Below are positions 52,779 to 55,952 of a stretch of 55,952 nt of DNA, piece after piece (the first letter of the stretch is position 1; every line of letters begins with the position of its first letter). Source of the DNA: a virus. Its lineage: Duplodnaviria > Caudoviricetes. The stretch is taken from positions 1 to 55,952 of the IMG/VR virus record IMGVR_UViG_3300032117_000033. One strand, written 5' to 3'. A program made the translations under genes and the position numbers. The notes beneath the pieces are model-generated. The model was not told where the DNA came from, searched no databases, and saw only the letters and a list, made by a program, of their open reading frames with translations.

Positions 52779-53269
52779 ACGAAACCCCGCAGATCAGCAG
52801 TAGCTGTTACGCCAGCAACACCACGTCCCTGCCGCTGGCGGTCTGGGGCGGGAGCACGGTGCAGGAAAGAATATCGCCGCAGGCCTCACCCGCCGACTTC
52901 GTCTCCTTGATGGCCCTGTCGCTTGGCGGGGGCCAGGATAGTTCAACCCCAATCACCAAAATAGAAAGGTCAAAAGTTATGGCAGACAAACCCACTCGAC
53001 GGATCGTGCAGGTATTCATCGCCGATCCCAACGAAAACGTCCCGCTGGAGCGATCGGTGCTCTACACGGGGGAACAGAAGCTCACCGACTTGAACGACAC
53101 CGAGCTGTACTTCGAGCTGCCGATGGCGGAGCTGTTGAAGAAGCACAACGATTACCGGGTCAAGCTCGTGGACAAGGAAGCGTCCCGGAAGTCGGGGCGG
53201 GAGATATACCTCGAGCCCGTGCGGATCCGGGACCTGCGGATGGTCGTGGTGACCGTGGCCCAGTTCTAA
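52775..53269 (+). CDS. Hypothetical phage protein (core may start at 52979, MADKPTRRIVQVFIADP)
   Basis: Coupled start at 52775; AGAAAGG before ATG 52979. Confidence 0.7.
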   Translation: MNETPQISSSCYASNTTSLPLAVWGGSTVQERISPQASPADFVSLMALSLGGGQDSSTPITKIERSKVMADKPTRRIVQVFIADPNENVPLERSVLYTGEQKLTDLNDTELYFELPMAELLKKHNDYRVKLVDKEASRKSGREIYLEPVRIRDLRMVVVTVAQF

Positions 53270-53393
53270 ATGATTTACCGTCCGGCGTGGGGTTTATGGG
53301 TTTAATCCCGATAGAGCCGCTACCGCCCCCGGGCGGCGCCGGAACGGCGGGGGCGCTTGACAACCTTTGGGTTGTGGTGTAGAGGTAGCCAAT

Positions 53394-53594
53394 ATGAATC
53401 AATCGGGTTACGAGCCCAGTGGCGAAGCGAAACCGGAAAACATTTCGGCCGCTTCGCCGAATGAACCGTTGGTCGAGTCGCCCTCCGCCAACACCCCCCG
53501 GATTGCTCGTAACAGTCCGGGACCTTTTCCCGGGGAGATCGTGATCGTGGATCGTCCCAGGGTCAGGAAGAGTGACACGATCAAGTGGGTATGA
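53394..53594 (+). CDS. Hypothetical protein
   Basis: TTGACA at 53357 and GAGGT upstream of ATG 53394. Confidence 0.45.
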   Translation: MNQSGYEPSGEAKPENISAASPNEPLVESPSANTPRIARNSPGPFPGEIVIVDRPRVRKSDTIKWV

Positions 53595-54178
53595 GCCGAG
53601 CCTGGAAACCCCTGCCGACGCACCTTCCGGGGTGGCATCAAGCCGAACGATCGGAACCCATACCCGAGTCCTGGTGGAAGAAGCGGTCAAAGGGAAAGCA
53701 CAAGTCCCGTTCTTCTGTCTCACGTGGACGCCTGTCTCGCAAATCCAAACCCATCCACAGCCCGTTTGCCCCGCACACCACCCCCATTCTCAAGAAGGTC
53801 CTTCATGTCGAGGGACAGGGGGTTTCCGCTTATTGCCTGTTCAAACGGGAGCACGGCCATTGGAAGTGCCTGGCGGCGGGAGGGCCCTTTGAATGGTTCA
53901 CCCGGGTCCACGACATGGCCACCATTGGCGACTGGCTTAAGCGCCAGCACTACGAATTTCATTGGATTGCCTTCACGCCGGATACAGCTTACAATTGTCC
54001 GGCCGGACCAGCGCAGGGTGCGGGTGCTGAAACATGCCCCGCAGCGCCTCCGTCATCAGTAATCCCCCCCACACACGCAGGCCCCGACGGCTCGGTCAGT
54101 GGGGGGCTGGCGCAGAATGGCTTAACCAGTCCTCGCTGCTTAATTGCCAGGGGCGTCCCTGGACCTCTCACACCGTAG
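53591..54178 (+). CDS. Hypothetical protein
   Basis: ATGA-coupled ORF of about 195 aa. Confidence 0.5.
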   Translation: MSRAWKPLPTHLPGWHQAERSEPIPESWWKKRSKGKHKSRSSVSRGRLSRKSKPIHSPFAPHTTPILKKVLHVEGQGVSAYCLFKREHGHWKCLAAGGPFEWFTRVHDMATIGDWLKRQHYEFHWIAFTPDTAYNCPAGPAQGAGAETCPAAPPSSVIPPTHAGPDGSVSGGLAQNGLTSPRCLIARGVPGPLTP

Positions 54179-54447
54179 CCACCGCTGTTCCTGGCTCCAC
54201 GGAGGGGCAAAGGTGCTCCAGCCTCCGTGTAGGTGTGTAAGAGCAAAACACCTGACCAGGTGACGTGTGCCCAGAGGTTCCCTGTCGTGGCATCCCGGGC
54301 AATCCAAAAGATTCCTTACCACCCTTGGTAGAACATGGGACCAAGCGAGAGGGAGGGAGGCTCTTACGATCTGACCGTGGGTGGTATGTCCCCCCCCCAG
54401 GGTGTAAGGGCAGGGGACGGTCCCTTGCCCATGGTAAATTCCTTCCA

Positions 54448-55095
54448 ATGAATACAAACATTCAAACGTCAGAAGCCACTACTGGCACCATTCAAGCTAG
54501 TGGAGAAGTCAATACACCGGAAGCCAAGCCTAAGCGCAAGCGGGTTGTAAAGGCACCAAAGCAGACCGACAAGGCACCTAATGTCGATCAACCCATGGTA
54601 CTATTCCAACCTTCGGAAATACAGTTCGGCAAGGGACTTAAGACTCTTACACCGGGACAAAAGACAGGCAAGTTAAGTAAGAAGCTTAAGAATGCCGATG
54701 GTACTGCCAGGGAATTGTTAAGTTCTGGCTACTCCGCCCAAGTCCCTGGCATTGCCGAGCTTGAGAAGCAACCCGACAATGCGGGACTCTCAAAAGAGGC
54801 ATTGGCGCAGAAGAGGGTAGAGTTAGGGCAGCAACTCCGAACGGATGCCGCGCCTGCTATCGGGTGCATGCAATCCAGCAAGCACTTCATTCTCCGTTCC
54901 TTCCGGGCGGGGATTGACAGGGAAACCAGGCAAGTCAAGAGTGCGAGTGCGGCTTGGGAAAGAGTGGCCGTAACCGACAAAGCATGGGACTTGCACGTTA
55001 CCAGCGGGAAACCGCTGGCAGAATGTTACAAGTTTCTGGGGATTGAGCCCCCAGTGAACACCGTGGAAGTCAAAGCCACTTCGATGCCAGCATAG
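54448..55095 (+). CDS. Hypothetical Lys-rich protein (MNTNIQTSEATT...)
   Basis: Likely ATG at 54448; followed by a terminator. Confidence 0.7.
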   Translation: MNTNIQTSEATTGTIQASGEVNTPEAKPKRKRVVKAPKQTDKAPNVDQPMVLFQPSEIQFGKGLKTLTPGQKTGKLSKKLKNADGTARELLSSGYSAQVPGIAELEKQPDNAGLSKEALAQKRVELGQQLRTDAAPAIGCMQSSKHFILRSFRAGIDRETRQVKSASAAWERVAVTDKAWDLHVTSGKPLAECYKFLGIEPPVNTVEVKATSMPA

Positions 55096-55100
55096 AGCAA

Positions 55101-55131
55101 GAGTAGGGGCGGGTGCCCCTGCTCTTTTTTG
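55101..55131 (+). terminator. Intrinsic terminator
   Basis: GAGTAGGGGC-GGGT-GCCCCTGCTC followed by a T-run. Confidence 0.8.
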
Positions 55132-55267
55132 TGCCTTTTTGGGCACATTCGGGCTGGACTGGACAGGCCAGCCGTGAGCCTTGAATCACGGCTCTTTACC
55201 TCTGCTCACGCTGAAGCGTGGGCGGAGTTAAGGACAGATAACCAAAGGAGATACAAAGGACAGAACT

Positions 55268-55522
55268 ATGAGTAAGCTAATGAATGACAGAGAGTTGTGT
55301 GCGGTCACGGACAATCATCACGACAACGAACAATGCATACCCGTATCGTTTCGCTGGCCCATCAAACAGGTAGGCGACTCACAGGTCATCGTCATGATCC
55401 CGACCGGGGACATGCCGATCCTAAACCCCTCGTTCGTGGATGCCTACCAGCTCACGGACAAACAGCTCGAAGCCTGCGAGGACCAGGTCCTCCGTCAGGT
55501 CATGATCCTCCCGGAGGCGTGA
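55268..55522 (+). CDS. Hypothetical protein
   Basis: Two AAGGACAG motifs upstream (55230 and 55256). Confidence 0.75.
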   Translation: MSKLMNDRELCAVTDNHHDNEQCIPVSFRWPIKQVGDSQVIVMIPTGDMPILNPSFVDAYQLTDKQLEACEDQVLRQVMILPEA

Positions 55523-55523
55523 T

Positions 55524-55730
55524 ATGAGCCAAATCACCATGCGGAGACTGAGCTGGAATTTGTTCCGGTTCGATCTGAAGTATGCGCTGCGATACGGCTG
55601 GTCCAAGTCCGGCAGGTGGTATTGGAAGATGGTCCCGCAGGACTTGCTCTACATCTGGAAGTGGCGCAACAACAAGAGCTTGGTTGACGTTGCCGATGAC
55701 TTCCTGGAGATCGACGAGATCACCCATTAA
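55524..55730 (+). CDS. Hypothetical Trp-rich protein
   Basis: GGAGG upstream; 68 aa. Confidence 0.65.
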   Translation: MSQITMRRLSWNLFRFDLKYALRYGWSKSGRWYWKMVPQDLLYIWKWRNNKSLVDVADDFLEIDEITH

Positions 55731-55806
55731 CGCAAGCGGGGCGCGTGGAAGCCCCGCTCTTCACCTCGCTCCCGGTTAGGCCCGGGGGCAAGTTGAGGAC
55801 AGACCT

Positions 55807-55939
55807 ATGAGTGCTGGAATGACAGACCGTGAGTGGCTCGAACAGGCATCAATGTATGTCTGTGCCAAGCCGCAGCTTACCTCGGACGATTGGCTCAACC
55901 TCGCCATCAAGGCCGAGGCCGATGGGCGCCAGCATATCG
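55807..55939 (+). CDS. Hypothetical protein spanning the circular junction (joins to 1..169; 62 aa MSAGMTDREWLEQASMYVCAKPQ...ELEELDR)
   Basis: ATG at 55807 preceded by GAGGACAG. The frame continues through the repeat to TAA at 167-169. Confidence 0.75.
55827..55939. repeat. Terminal direct repeat, right copy
   Basis: Identical to 1-113. The tip after it is the reverse complement of 81-97. Confidence 0.95.
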
Positions 55940-55952
55940 GCCTCGGCCTTGA

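Larger units (their letters stand above)
1..55952. mobile_element. Complete tailed bacteriophage genome, podovirus-like
   Basis: TerL, portal, scaffold, capsid, tail tubular and ejection-protein gene order; terminal overlap; no host housekeeping genes. Confidence 0.9.

Noticed and set aside
54179-54447. Non-coding gap with a CACCTG/CAGGTG palindrome and C-run as a pac site or origin
   Set aside because: The signals are too short to support a call without read-terminus data.
55940-55952. Terminal inverted sequence as a hairpin telomere
   Set aside because: It is only about 13-17 nt, lies beyond a clean circular overlap, and no protelomerase is seen. Most likely a chimeric-read artefact.
1-55952. 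tRNA/rRNA genes, integrase/att sites, alternative genetic code
   Set aside because: No cloverleaf or T-loop consensus or recombinase motifs were noticed. Long ORFs and ATGA couplings fit the standard code.

Overview
This window looks like a complete circular or circularly permuted tailed-phage genome of about 55,826 bp. Bases 1-113 repeat at 55827-55939, and the last ~13 nt are a fold-back tip. The architecture is podovirus-like: portal, scaffold, major capsid, adaptor and nozzle, and three probable ejection proteins including one of 2,497 aa, with no tape-measure or sheath gene seen. Thr/Asn-rich exported beta-helix/Ig proteins hint at a Verrucomicrobia-like host (inference only). The + strand early arm (52.4 kb through the junction to 12.3 kb) carries a compact ubiquitin-like conjugation operon (beta-grasp Ubl, E2-like, ThiF/E1, Zn-ribbon protein, JAB peptidase). 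It also carries a Rad52/Mgm101-like annealase, a PD-(D/E)XK exonuclease, and a ~600-nt highly structured non-coding segment ending in G6-TAA-G6. The - strand late arm carries four glycosyltransferase-like genes, an ATP-grasp ligase, and three large adhesin/lyase-like proteins with signal peptides. TerL sits alone on the + strand and contains an intein with a complete DUF559/Vsr-like endonuclease gene hidden in the +1 frame, with its own promoter-like element. Other signals include an AAGGACAG motif before many early genes, leaderless sigma70-like promoters before late genes, a 53-aa basic peptide that copies the capsid N-terminal motif, and a small gene overprinted in the giant protein. I recognised no DNA polymerase, helicase, primase, integrase, endolysin, tRNA or CRISPR array. 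All family calls come from reading motifs by eye; no searches were run.
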